Shown: positions 49,969 through 59,063 of the stretch, one piece after another | Numbering within the stretch: the first letter of the stretch is position 1 | Layout of the letters: each line of letters begins with the position of its first letter | NCBI GenBank assembly: GCA_035708165.1 | Contig: DASSSZ010000001.1 | Coordinates: forward strand, 25,772-89,771 | Direction of reading: 5' to 3' | Length of the DNA: 64,000 bases | DNA from: Minisyncoccota bacterium | GTDB lineage: Bacteria > Patescibacteriota > Minisyncoccia > Phycocordibacterales > UBA2100 | Notes under the pieces: model-generated | The model's input: only the letters and a program-made list of their open reading frames with translations | Database searches by the model: none | What the model was told of the DNA's origin: nothing | Made by a program: the position numbers and the translations under genes

Positions 49969-50478
49969 ATGAGCTCGCTTAAGATGATGCTCTCGCTTGC
50001 GCTTGCTATCGCGCTCTCAGCGATTGCGGTCCTGCTGCATGGCGCATTTACGCCATCCTTGACGCCGCTCTCGCCGCATCAGCCTGTTCCCTCGAGCGCG
50101 ATCGATTTCGTATCCTGCGCGCAGGAAGCGGGGAGCAGCGTCGAGAGCGGCACTCCTGTGATATGCCGAACGGCAGACGGGCGGGTATTCGCCGCTCCAG
50201 CGCCCGCATCGACGGCGAGCACCACTGCTCCATTCATCGGCCCGGGATGCAAGGTCGGCGGCTGCAGCAGCGAGCTCTGCGTGGATGCGGATTCGGACGA
50301 TGTGATCTCCACATGCATCGCACGGCCGCAATTCGCGTGCTACAAGACAGCGCGCTGCGAAGTGCAGCCGAGCGGGCATTGTGGCTGGACTGCAGATGCA
50401 TCGCTTACGCAGTGCATCGCGAGCACATCGCCCGATCACACGATGAGCAGCGGCTACATCCGGATGGAGGTGCAGTGA
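49969..50478 (+). CDS. Cys-rich surface protein (eight-cysteine-cluster-like domain)
   Basis: TM; CKVGGCSSELC...STC...FACYKTARCEVQPSGHCGW. Confidence 0.75.
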   Translation: MSSLKMMLSLALAIALSAIAVLLHGAFTPSLTPLSPHQPVPSSAIDFVSCAQEAGSSVESGTPVICRTADGRVFAAPAPASTASTTAPFIGPGCKVGGCSSELCVDADSDDVISTCIARPQFACYKTARCEVQPSGHCGWTADASLTQCIASTSPDHTMSSGYIRMEVQ

Positions 50479-50507
50479 ATCTGCGTTTCTGCTAGGATAG
50501 TCCCCGA

Positions 50508-50580
50508 GGGCCATTAGCTCATCTGGTAGAGCGCACCCATGGCATGGGTGAGGTGAGCGGTTCGAGTCCGCTATGGTCCA
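50508..50580 (+). tRNA. tRNA-Ala(GGC)
   Basis: GGGCCAT/ATGGTCC with G3-U70, loop ATGGCAT, GTTCGAGTC. Confidence 0.94.
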
Positions 50581-50698
50581 CTCGTGACACGCGATCCCAA
50601 GGCGCTGCCTTGGGATCGCTGCATGCGCCGAACGATATGCGCGTCAGCGTCCTGCCCGCTCGCTCGCTCATCCCGTCAAGGCAGTGCATACTGCAGGC

Positions 50699-51730
50699 AT
50701 GCTGAAAGCGGCAGCAGCCATAGCAGCAATCGCCTTTGCGATCGGCGGCGTCTTTCTCCTGCGGGGCGGCGGCGAGGTCGCAGCTCGGAGCGATGATGCG
50801 CAGCATATTCCCGCAGCAGGGAAGCCGGCCACGATCCTCGCGTTCGGCGACCTGATGCTGGATCGCTACGTGCGCGCGGATATCGAGAAATACGGCGAGA
50901 CCTATCCTCTCCAGCTGATTGCGCCATCCTTCGCCCATGCTGATATCGTCGTCGCGAACGCGGAAGGCGTCTTCACGACGCGTCCCTCGCTCAGCATCGC
51001 CGCGACTTCGACGCTGCGCTTCACATTCGATCCTGCGATGCTGCCGGTACTGAAACGGCAAGGCATCGATGTGCTCAGCCAGGCGAACAATCATGCGGAT
51101 GATTTCGGCGCAAGCGGCCTTCTGGAGTCGCAACGGGCGATCATCGCTGCCGGCCTCGCGACCTTCGGCGACCCGTCAAACAGGAAGCCGGGCCCGTACC
51201 TGACGACGATCGAGGGCCAGCGGGTCGCATTCATCGGCTATAACCAGTTCACCGGCGGGGGAGATGCGAGCGTGCGTGCCGCGATCGCCGACGCGAAGGC
51301 GCTCGGCGCATTCGTCATCGTCTATCCGCACTGGGGGATCGAATACGATTCGGCGTTCACCCCGCTGCAGCAGGAGGAGGCGCACCGATTCGTCGATGCC
51401 GGAGCGGATGCCGTGCTCGGCAGTCATCCGCACGTGATCGAGCCGATCGAGCTCTATCATGGCAAGCCGATCTTCTACTCGCTCGGCAATTTCATCTTCG
51501 ACCAGGCGCCGGACGGCCCGACCGCCGAGGGCCTCGCAGTCTCGATCGCGCTCTCGAGCACGACGGCGAGCTATCGGCTCCTGCCCTTCGCGATCCGCCA
51601 CGCCCAAGTGGTGCCGATGGACAGCGAGGATGCCAGAGCGGCTCTTGCCGCGATCGCGAGCAGCACCGAAGCCGCGCTCGGCAGGCAGCCGCCGGGGCTC
51701 GCGAGCGGGATGTTCAGCGTTCCTCGGTAA
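50699..51730 (+). CDS. CapA/PGA_cap family metallophosphoesterase
   Basis: GDLMLDR, ANAEG, ANNHADDFG, HWGIEY, GSHPHV, YSLGNFIFDQ. Confidence 0.92.
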   Translation: MLKAAAAIAAIAFAIGGVFLLRGGGEVAARSDDAQHIPAAGKPATILAFGDLMLDRYVRADIEKYGETYPLQLIAPSFAHADIVVANAEGVFTTRPSLSIAATSTLRFTFDPAMLPVLKRQGIDVLSQANNHADDFGASGLLESQRAIIAAGLATFGDPSNRKPGPYLTTIEGQRVAFIGYNQFTGGGDASVRAAIADAKALGAFVIVYPHWGIEYDSAFTPLQQEEAHRFVDAGADAVLGSHPHVIEPIELYHGKPIFYSLGNFIFDQAPDGPTAEGLAVSIALSSTTASYRLLPFAIRHAQVVPMDSEDARAALAAIASSTEAALGRQPPGLASGMFSVPR

Positions 51731-51788
51731 AAAGGACGGCCGGCGCGTATGGCGCCGGCCGGAGGGGTGAAGAAAGAGCAATGGCCGT

Positions 51789-52055
51789 TCAGTTACCCGT
51801 GTGCCGCCGCGCACCGGCACAGAGACGCAACGAGCGAAACGCGAGCAGGGCTTCGATGCCATACGTCATGGCTGCGAGCGCCAGCGCATAGGGGAGCGCC
51901 GACGTACCGAGCGCGGCCAGCACCATGCCGGCCTGCATGAGCGCCCATGAGAGCCGCAGGAACGGAGCGAAGAATGCGAGCAGGTCCAGCGTATCGTGCG
52001 TGACGCGTACGGCATGATGCGCGAGCGGATGGAGCCGCCGCAGAAAAGGATGCAT
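51789..52055 (-). CDS. Orphan small hydrophobic protein
   Basis: AGGAGG SD, TTGACA upstream, hydrophobic segments. Confidence 0.55.
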   Translation of the reverse strand: MHPFLRRLHPLAHHAVRVTHDTLDLLAFFAPFLRLSWALMQAGMVLAALGTSALPYALALAAMTYGIEALLAFRSLRLCAGARRHTGN

Positions 52056-52153
52056 AGATGTGGCCTCCTGATGCTTCCGGACGAATACTCGCGTCTCCCG
52101 CATGCCGTGTCAAATTGTGGAAAAAGAAAAGGACGCGCGTACGCGTCCTTCCA

Positions 52154-52444
52154 TCAGTCGTGCCGGTCATCTGCACGGTTCGCCGCGAAGACAGCGCCTA
52201 CCGCGTGCTTCGCGGCATGCATCTCGTCGTCGGACATGTCGCCGAATTCGACGGCGATCCAATGCTCCATCCGCTGCTCGAACAGGCGCCGAAGCTCAGG
52301 ATGGCTGCCGTATTCGTTCGCCAGGCTCTGCGCCGCATCCGCGATGGCATCGGGCATGAGGACCGTGCCGTACTGCTCGTTCGCATCGCGGAGCGCAGGC
52401 CCGAGGCCGTGCCAGGGATTGAACCTACGATGCGATGCGGGCAT
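52154..52444 (-). CDS. Orphan ~96-aa acidic protein
   Basis: Overlaps the 3' end of the upstream orphan; start uncertain. Confidence 0.45.
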   Translation of the reverse strand: MPASHRRFNPWHGLGPALRDANEQYGTVLMPDAIADAAQSLANEYGSHPELRRLFEQRMEHWIAVEFGDMSDDEMHAAKHAVGAVFAANRADDRHD

Positions 52445-52697
52445 GGAGCTGCCGCAAGCGCGTGCGTGCCGCGGCACGCAGCGTGCGCACCACGATGCTC
52501 CGCCGGTTGATTTCCGCCTTGATCCCGCGCTTCCTCCGTGCGAGAGAAGCGGGGTCGGTGACGCCGTTGCCGCGGAGCACCTCGTCGGCCGTCCGCATCC
52601 AGACGCCGATCCGCGTGCGATCACGCCCTTCGCGTGCGATGCGGGCAGCGATGCGGTCGACGTATTCCGAGTCAGTGGGATTCAGATAACTCATCAT
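52425..52697 (-). CDS. Orphan 90-aa Arg-rich protein
   Basis: TGGACT-16-TATAAT promoter, AAGGA SD. Confidence 0.55.
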   Translation of the reverse strand: MMSYLNPTDSEYVDRIAARIAREGRDRTRIGVWMRTADEVLRGNGVTDPASLARRKRGIKAEINRRSIVVRTLRAAARTRLRQLHARIAS

Positions 52698-52803
52698 GCA
52701 TTCCTTCTGCCTGATGAAACCTGAATGAATTATACAACATGAATAGAAAAAGTCCACCCATTGCGCGGACGTACAGCGGCTTCCTTGCGGGAAGCATCGA
52801 CAC

Positions 52804-53259
52804 TCAGGCGCGGAGCTTCTCGGTGACCGCCTCTTTCACGAGCGCGCCATCGGCATTGCCGCCGAGCTCGCTCATGACCGCGCCCATGAGCTTGCCCATG
52901 GCGGCCTTATCGCCGGGCGTGACGCCAGCCATGTGCTTCTCGATGGCTGCCTCGATCGCCTCGCGGGTTGCCATGGCCGGCAGGTAGGCTTCGATGATAG
53001 CGAGCTCTGCGCGCTCGGCTTCGGCGAGCTCCGGGCGATTGCCTGCGGTGAACTGCTCGATCGAATCCTTGCGCTGCTTCGCAAGGCGCTTGAGCACAGC
53101 GATCGCATCAGCATCCTCGAGCTGCTCGGTCGGCTTCCTTCCTTTGGCGACGAGCTCGTTCGTGAAGGCCGTGAGAGCGCCGCGCAGCGTCGCGAGGCGC
53201 GTCGCGTCCTTCGCCTTCATCGCGGCGATCATATCCTCGCGGATCGTCTGAGTCAGCAT
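52804..53259 (-). CDS. GatB/YqeY domain protein
   Basis: AAMKAKD, KQRKDSIEQF, YLP, MGKLMG, ADG. Confidence 0.93.
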   Translation of the reverse strand: MLTQTIREDMIAAMKAKDATRLATLRGALTAFTNELVAKGRKPTEQLEDADAIAVLKRLAKQRKDSIEQFTAGNRPELAEAERAELAIIEAYLPAMATREAIEAAIEKHMAGVTPGDKAAMGKLMGAVMSELGGNADGALVKEAVTEKLRA

Positions 53260-53346
53260 GATGCAGCCATAGTAGCACTCCGCATCGGGGCAGCAAATGG
53301 GGAATGCGCGTGAGGTGCGCGGCGCGGATACCCTATACTAAGGCGC

Positions 53347-56040
53347 ATGGCACGACCGGTACCCGAATGGCATGCGCTCTCAGCAGCGGACGTCGCGCGC
53401 GCGTTCTCCCTCGATCCTGCGCGCGGGCTCTCGGACGAGGAAGTCGCTGATGCGCGAGCGTCGTACGGTGCGAACGAGCTTGGCGGGAGCTCGCCCCTGC
53501 GGCTCGCGCGCGTGATCGCGCGCCTCCTCAGCAGCCCGCTCTCGCTCGTCTTGATCGCTGTCGGCGCGGCGGCAGTCTTCCTCGCAGCGTGGGTGGATGT
53601 GGCGGTGATTGCCGTCGTCCTTCTCGTCAACGTCCTCGTCGGCACGATCCAGGAGGGCAGGGCGCGGCACGTCTTCGAGACGCTGGCCACCTCGCAGCGG
53701 CACGATGCCGTGGTGCTGCGCAACGGCATCCGGCAGGTGATCCCTGCACGCGAGATCGTCCCTGGCGACGTGCTTATCATCGAAGGCGGCAAGGCTATCG
53801 CTGCGGATGCGCGCCTCATCGCAGCCGCTGATCTGGCCGTGAACGAAGCCGCGCTGACCGGCGAGTGGATCGCCGTGCATAAGCAGGTGGATCCCGTCCG
53901 GCCGCATGCATCCATAAGCGAGCAGGACGACATGGTCTGGAGCGGTACGACCGCGGTCGCCGGCTTCGGCACTGCGATCGTCGTCGCGACCGGCAAGGCG
54001 ACAGCGCTCGGGCATACGGCCGCGCACCTGCACGACGATGACGCGGAGAGCACGCTGCAGCAGAGCGTGAGCAATCTCGCGCGCATACTCATGATCTGCG
54101 TCGGCGTCGCGGTCTGCGCCATCACCGCCATCGGGCTCGCGCAGGGCATCCCGTTCGCGAGCATCATCCTGACCGGCATCGCGCTCGGCGTCGCCGTCAT
54201 GCCGGAGGGCCTGCCTGCAGCAGTGACGATCGTGCTCGCTGTCGGCGTCGAGACGATTCTCAAGCACGGAGGCCTCGTGCGCAATCTCAACGCCGCGGAG
54301 ACGCTCGGCTCGACGACCTACATCATCACCGACAAGACCGGGACGCTCACCACCGGGCAGATGTCGCTCGCGGGGCTCTACTCGGTGCGCGGCATGGCCA
54401 AGCAGGACACGTCGCTCGACGGCGGCGATAATCACGCGCTGCTGGCGAAAGCGATCCTGGCATCGGACGCATTCGTCGTCGAGCATGACGGCGAGCTGGC
54501 CGTGGAAGGGCGCCCGATCGAGCGAGCGCTCGTCATGGCGGGGCTGCGCGCCGGCATCGCGCAGCAGGAGCTCTTCGCCAGCGGGCACGCCCGTCGCGGC
54601 TTCCTGCAGTTCGAAGCGAGCCGCCGGTACGCCGTATCGCGCAATGAGACGGAGCGGGGAGATGAGTGGATCTTCACAGGCTCTCCTGAGATCCTGCTCG
54701 CCGCCTCGAGTCGCGTTCTTGCGATGGATGGCGCGCGGGAGCTCGAGCCAGCCGTACGCGAGAAGTTCGAGGCAGTGCAGCGGCGCGAGAGCGCGCACGG
54801 CAACCGCTTCATCGGCATCGCGACCGCGACAGCGCCCCGCGAAGGCGGCTTTCCCGATGGCGTGCGGCTCGGCACTGAGCTGCCGCAGCTTACGTTCGTC
54901 GGAATGATTGCGTTCGCTGACACTGTCCGCCCCGATGCTGCCGCCGAGATCGCGAGCGCGCAGGCTGCAGGCCTACGCGTCATCATGGCGACCGGCGATT
55001 ATGCGGAGACCGCGCGGATCGTCGCGCGCGCGGTCGGGATCGATGCCGGCAGCGTGGTGAGCGGCCCGGAAGCGGAAGCCCTCGACGATGCGAAGCTCCT
55101 CGCGGTCCTGCGCGGCGGCGCCATCTTCGCACGCGTCCTGCCGGAGCAGAAGCTGCGGATGGTGCGCGTCCTGCGCGATGCAGGGGAGACGGTCGCCATG
55201 ACCGGTGACGGCGTGAACGACGCGCCGGCGCTCGTCTCCGCCGATATCGGCATCGCGATCGGAAGCGGCACCGACGTGGCGAAAGAAGCCGCCGATATCG
55301 TGCTCCTCGGGGATTCCTTCAGCGTCATTCCGGCGGCGATCGAGGAGGGAAGGCGCATCGGCGATAATCTCCGCAAGATCGTCGGTTACCTGCTCTCCAC
55401 GAGCTTCAGCGAGCTGTTCATCATCGCCGCGTCATTGGTCGCGCACGCCGCGTTGCCGCTGCTCCCTACGCAGATCCTCTGGGCGAACGTGATCCAGGAA
55501 GGCATCATGACCTTCCCGTTCGCCTTCGAGCCAGCCGAGCGCGACGTGATGCGCCGCACGCCGCGCAAGGCGGGCGAGGAAATGGTGCTCACCTCCTCGC
55601 TGAAGAAACTCATCGTCTTCACGGCAATCATGACCGGGCTCGTCGTGCTCTGCCTCTACGCCATCCTCGCATGGCTCGGCACCGCGCTGCCGGAGATCCG
55701 CACCGTGCTGTTCGTCGCGCTTACGCTCGACTCGCTCCTGTATGTCTTCGCCTTCAAGGACCTGCACCGGCCGATCTGGCGCATCGATTTCCGCAGCAAT
55801 CGCCTCATCGTGCTCGCGGCGGGCACGAACTTCCTGATCCTCATGGCGAGCCTCACGCTGCCGCCGCTGCGATCCCTGCTCACGCTTGCGCCGCTAACCA
55901 TCGTGGACCTCGCGCTGCTGGTGCTGCTCGCCTGCGCGAACCTCGCGACCATCGAGACGGCGAAAGCACTCTTCTTCCGGAATGAAACGGCGCACGCGCG
56001 CACGCCGGCGCCTGCAGCCGCGCTCGCGCAGGGCCAGTAG
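53347..56040 (+). CDS. Cation-transporting P-type ATPase (type II-like)
   Basis: PEGL, DKTGTLT, TGD, FARV.PEQK, MTGDGVNDAPAL, about ten TM helices. Confidence 0.95.
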   Translation: MARPVPEWHALSAADVARAFSLDPARGLSDEEVADARASYGANELGGSSPLRLARVIARLLSSPLSLVLIAVGAAAVFLAAWVDVAVIAVVLLVNVLVGTIQEGRARHVFETLATSQRHDAVVLRNGIRQVIPAREIVPGDVLIIEGGKAIAADARLIAAADLAVNEAALTGEWIAVHKQVDPVRPHASISEQDDMVWSGTTAVAGFGTAIVVATGKATALGHTAAHLHDDDAESTLQQSVSNLARILMICVGVAVCAITAIGLAQGIPFASIILTGIALGVAVMPEGLPAAVTIVLAVGVETILKHGGLVRNLNAAETLGSTTYIITDKTGTLTTGQMSLAGLYSVRGMAKQDTSLDGGDNHALLAKAILASDAFVVEHDGELAVEGRPIERALVMAGLRAGIAQQELFASGHARRGFLQFEASRRYAVSRNETERGDEWIFTGSPEILLAASSRVLAMDGARELEPAVREKFEAVQRRESAHGNRFIGIATATAPREGGFPDGVRLGTELPQLTFVGMIAFADTVRPDAAAEIASAQAAGLRVIMATGDYAETARIVARAVGIDAGSVVSGPEAEALDDAKLLAVLRGGAIFARVLPEQKLRMVRVLRDAGETVAMTGDGVNDAPALVSADIGIAIGSGTDVAKEAADIVLLGDSFSVIPAAIEEGRRIGDNLRKIVGYLLSTSFSELFIIAASLVAHAALPLLPTQILWANVIQEGIMTFPFAFEPAERDVMRRTPRKAGEEMVLTSSLKKLIVFTAIMTGLVVLCLYAILAWLGTALPEIRTVLFVALTLDSLLYVFAFKDLHRPIWRIDFRSNRLIVLAAGTNFLILMASLTLPPLRSLLTLAPLTIVDLALLVLLACANLATIETAKALFFRNETAHARTPAPAAALAQGQ

Positions 56041-56098
56041 CACACGCCGCGTCCCGAGCCGCGCTCGCGCAGGGCGCAGCATGCTATAGTTCGACCGT

Positions 56099-57136
56099 AT
56101 GGAATGGCTCATCATCGCGCTCCTTGCTGCGGTCCTCGCCGCGCTCGTGTTCCTTATCGCCCGCAGGCAGCCGGCGCCTGCGCGCGATACCGAGAGCCTG
56201 GTACTGCTCCAGAACCAGCTGCAAGACCTCAGCCGCGCCGTCGAATCGAGGATCGGCGAGGGTCAGGATCGCATGTTCGAAGGCATGCAGCGGCAAATGG
56301 GGGAGTCGGCGCGCCTCATCCGCGAGATCACGCAGGAGATCACGAGCGTGAAGGAGATCGGCCGCCAGACCCAAGGCTTCGCCGAACAGCTCCAGAGCCT
56401 GCAGGACATCCTCAAGAACCCGAAGCAGCGCGGCATTCTCGGCGAGTACTATCTCGAGACGGTGCTCCGCAACGTCTTGCCGCCCGGCATGTACCAGATC
56501 CAGTACCCCTTCAGGAACGGCGAGATCGTGGATGCGGCGGTCTTCGTGAACGAGAAGATCGTTCCGGTAGACTCGAAATTCTCGCTCGATAACTACAATC
56601 GCTACGCAGGAGCAGCTCCCGAGGACAAGGAGGCGATGGAGAAGGCCTTCGTGAATGACCTCAAGCTGCGCATCACCGAGACGGCGAAATACATCCGCCC
56701 CGAGGAAGGCACCATGGATTTCGCGTTCATGTTCATCCCGAGTGAGGGCATCTACTACGACCTCCTGACGAACCAGGTCGGCGGCGGGGAGGAAGAGAAC
56801 CTGATCGAGCGCGCAGCACGCAAGTACAAGGTGATCATCGTGTCGCCGACCTCGTTCCTGGCATACCTGCAGACCGTGCTGCAGGGACTCAAGGCGCTCC
56901 AGATCGAGCAGAAAGCCGTCGAGATCCAGAAGCGCGTCGGCGAGCTCGGCAAGCATCTCGCCTCCTATAGCGAGTACTACAGCAAGCTGGGAAAGACGCT
57001 CTCGACGACCGTCTCCCACTACAATGCGGGCGCCAAGGAGCTCGGGAAGATCGATAAGGACGTGCTGCGCATCACCGGCGAATCCGTCGAGATCGCAACC
57101 GAGCTCCTGGAGAAGCCTGACCTCGACGAGGCCTGA
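56099..57136 (+). CDS. rmuC: DNA recombination protein RmuC
   Basis: N-terminal TM, PKQRGILGE, VDSKF, KYI, DFAFMFIPSEG, VSPT. Confidence 0.92.
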   Translation: MEWLIIALLAAVLAALVFLIARRQPAPARDTESLVLLQNQLQDLSRAVESRIGEGQDRMFEGMQRQMGESARLIREITQEITSVKEIGRQTQGFAEQLQSLQDILKNPKQRGILGEYYLETVLRNVLPPGMYQIQYPFRNGEIVDAAVFVNEKIVPVDSKFSLDNYNRYAGAAPEDKEAMEKAFVNDLKLRITETAKYIRPEEGTMDFAFMFIPSEGIYYDLLTNQVGGGEEENLIERAARKYKVIIVSPTSFLAYLQTVLQGLKALQIEQKAVEIQKRVGELGKHLASYSEYYSKLGKTLSTTVSHYNAGAKELGKIDKDVLRITGESVEIATELLEKPDLDEA

Positions 57137-57211
57137 TCCCGCCGAGCTGCGTCCCTTGCGCGCAGGGACCGGCTTGCCTTCGGACGCCATCTGTCGTAGA
57201 ATGCCGGAACT

Positions 57212-57526
57212 ATGGCTAAGACAGCAGTTATCGCTACGGGCGGGAAGCAGTATGTCGTTCGCGAGAACGATGTCATTTCCGTCGAGAAGCTCGGCAAGGA
57301 GGCCGGCGAGACGATCACCTTCGATGAAGTCCTCCTCACGGATGATGGCGCGACGGCGTCCATCGGCACGCCGACGGTGAGCGGCGCAAGCGTCACCGGC
57401 GAGGTGCTTGAGAACGGCCTCGGCAAGAAGCTCCTGGTGCAGCGCTATCGCCAGAAGAGCCGCTCCTTCAAGAGGAAGGGCCACCGCCAGCCGTACACCA
57501 AGGTGAAGATCACCAGCATCAAGTAA
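57212..57526 (+). CDS. rplU: 50S ribosomal protein L21
   Basis: AVIATGGKQYVV, GHRQPYTKVKITSI; UUCG hairpin terminator follows. Confidence 0.97.
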   Translation: MAKTAVIATGGKQYVVRENDVISVEKLGKEAGETITFDEVLLTDDGATASIGTPTVSGASVTGEVLENGLGKKLLVQRYRQKSRSFKRKGHRQPYTKVKITSIK

Positions 57527-57607
57527 GCACGCATCCCGCCTTCGGCGGGATTTGCATTCATGGCCTCGCTGCGTACCATACGGGGAGCGAGTTCAATGGA
57601 GGATGCA

Positions 57608-58207
57608 ATGAGAGCGAGCATGCCGCGCGAGCGGATAGGATCGCATCGCAAGCGTGACGAGCGCACGCACTGGTATAACAGCGAACCCATCGACGACGAG
57701 CTGCAGATCTACGACCTGCTGCACTACGAGCGCTACTACGATCATGACTACCGCACCCGGTACCTCAGGCAGCGGCAGGGCAGCAGCGAGCTCGAGCTCG
57801 TGGTGCAATGGCGCGAGGACGGCGGCGGCGATTCGGCGTTCGATTATTTCGACCTCGATCAGGACCTCGTGCAGCGGCTGATCGAGGAGCAGATGCTCGC
57901 GCCGTACCGGCAGCCGTATCCCGGCGGATACGAGCTCCGCTACGGCACGTGGCAGATGAGCATGTTCGGCAGGGACCGCCGCCTCGCATTGCAGCGCGAG
58001 GTACTCGTGCGCGCGCATGACCTCATCGAGAAGCGGCGGGGCAGCGCCTCGGGACACCTCGCGCTCGCGCGCGAGCGGATGTCCATCTCGCGTGCGCGGC
58101 TGCATGGCCGATACGGCGAGCTCCATGCGAAGTTCCCGTCGCTCTCGGGGCCGAGCATCGAGACCCTTATCGTGAATCTCGCGACCGGCGAAATCACGGA
58201 GACGTAA
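57608..58207 (+). CDS. Orphan ~200-aa protein
   Basis: TTGCAT-16-TACCAT promoter, GGAGGA SD, hairpin after the stop. Confidence 0.6.
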   Translation: MRASMPRERIGSHRKRDERTHWYNSEPIDDELQIYDLLHYERYYDHDYRTRYLRQRQGSSELELVVQWREDGGGDSAFDYFDLDQDLVQRLIEEQMLAPYRQPYPGGYELRYGTWQMSMFGRDRRLALQREVLVRAHDLIEKRRGSASGHLALARERMSISRARLHGRYGELHAKFPSLSGPSIETLIVNLATGEITET

Positions 58208-58240
58208 GCAGTACATGGCCCGCGCATCGCGCGGGCCGCT

Positions 58241-58384
58241 CTATTGCGTGCGAGGCGCCTGCTGGCGCCTAATCATAAGGCCGCTGTCATGGGTGCCAGC
58301 GGCTCGGTGCGCTAGGAACGCATAGATCGCAATAGCTGCCTCTGCCAGAAGCGCGAGGGCGGCCAGGCCATAGCAGTAGAACAT
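58241..58384 (-). CDS. Putative 47-aa single-TM peptide (MFYCYGLAALALLAEAAIAIYAFLAH...)
   Basis: Manual translation; GAGGG close upstream; below the track cutoff. Confidence 0.3.
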   Translation of the reverse strand: MFYCYGLAALALLAEAAIAIYAFLAHRAAGTHDSGLMIRRQQAPRTQ

Positions 58385-58431
58385 CTGCCCTCTGCCAGTG
58401 CAGCGTTTTCTTTCTATGAAGAAGAGCTCAG

Positions 58432-59037
58432 TTACCGCCTATTATCGAGTGCATTCTGGATGGTCGCGGAGTCGGCATACTCGAGCTCGGACCCGGTCGA
58501 AAGGCCGCGGCCCAGCTGCGTGATCCGCACGCCGCGATCGCTCGCGATCGTTCCGAGGACTGAGCGGACATGATCGGCGGTGATATCGCCCTCCGGGTTT
58601 GCGGGAAATGCGAGGATCACTTCGGTAAGGCCGCGATCGGCACGCATCTGGACCGCATCGAGCATGCCTTTCTCGCGCAGGTTCGGCTGCTTGCTCGCCG
58701 CGAGCGAGATCGTGCCGCCCAAGACGTAGTAGCGGCCCTTGTACGAGCCGCTATTCTCCATCGCGCGCAGGTCAGCATCGGTCGCGACGATGGTGAGCAT
58801 CGCGTCATCACGGTGCGGATTCGCGCAGATGCCGCAGAGCGCATCACGGCCGTCGTGGAAGCGGGCGCACTCGGGGCAGTTCTTCGCGGCGCTCCCAGCC
58901 ATCTCGAGCGTGCGTGCGAGCTCCCGCCGGAAGCCGGCATCGGACTGCAAGAGGAAATAGACGAACCGGCGCGCCTGACGCGGCCCGATGCCCGGGAAGC
59001 GCTCAAACAGCTCAGCCAATCGCTCAAGGGAATCCAT
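58432..59037 (-). CDS. recR: Recombination mediator RecR
   Basis: FPGIGPRQARR, C4 zinc finger, Y.GRYYVLGG, NPEGD, G.ELEYAD. Confidence 0.95.
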   Translation of the reverse strand: MDSLERLAELFERFPGIGPRQARRFVYFLLQSDAGFRRELARTLEMAGSAAKNCPECARFHDGRDALCGICANPHRDDAMLTIVATDADLRAMENSGSYKGRYYVLGGTISLAASKQPNLREKGMLDAVQMRADRGLTEVILAFPANPEGDITADHVRSVLGTIASDRGVRITQLGRGLSTGSELEYADSATIQNALDNRR

Positions 59038-59063
59038 CGCGAGCATTGTAGCATCGCAGAGCC

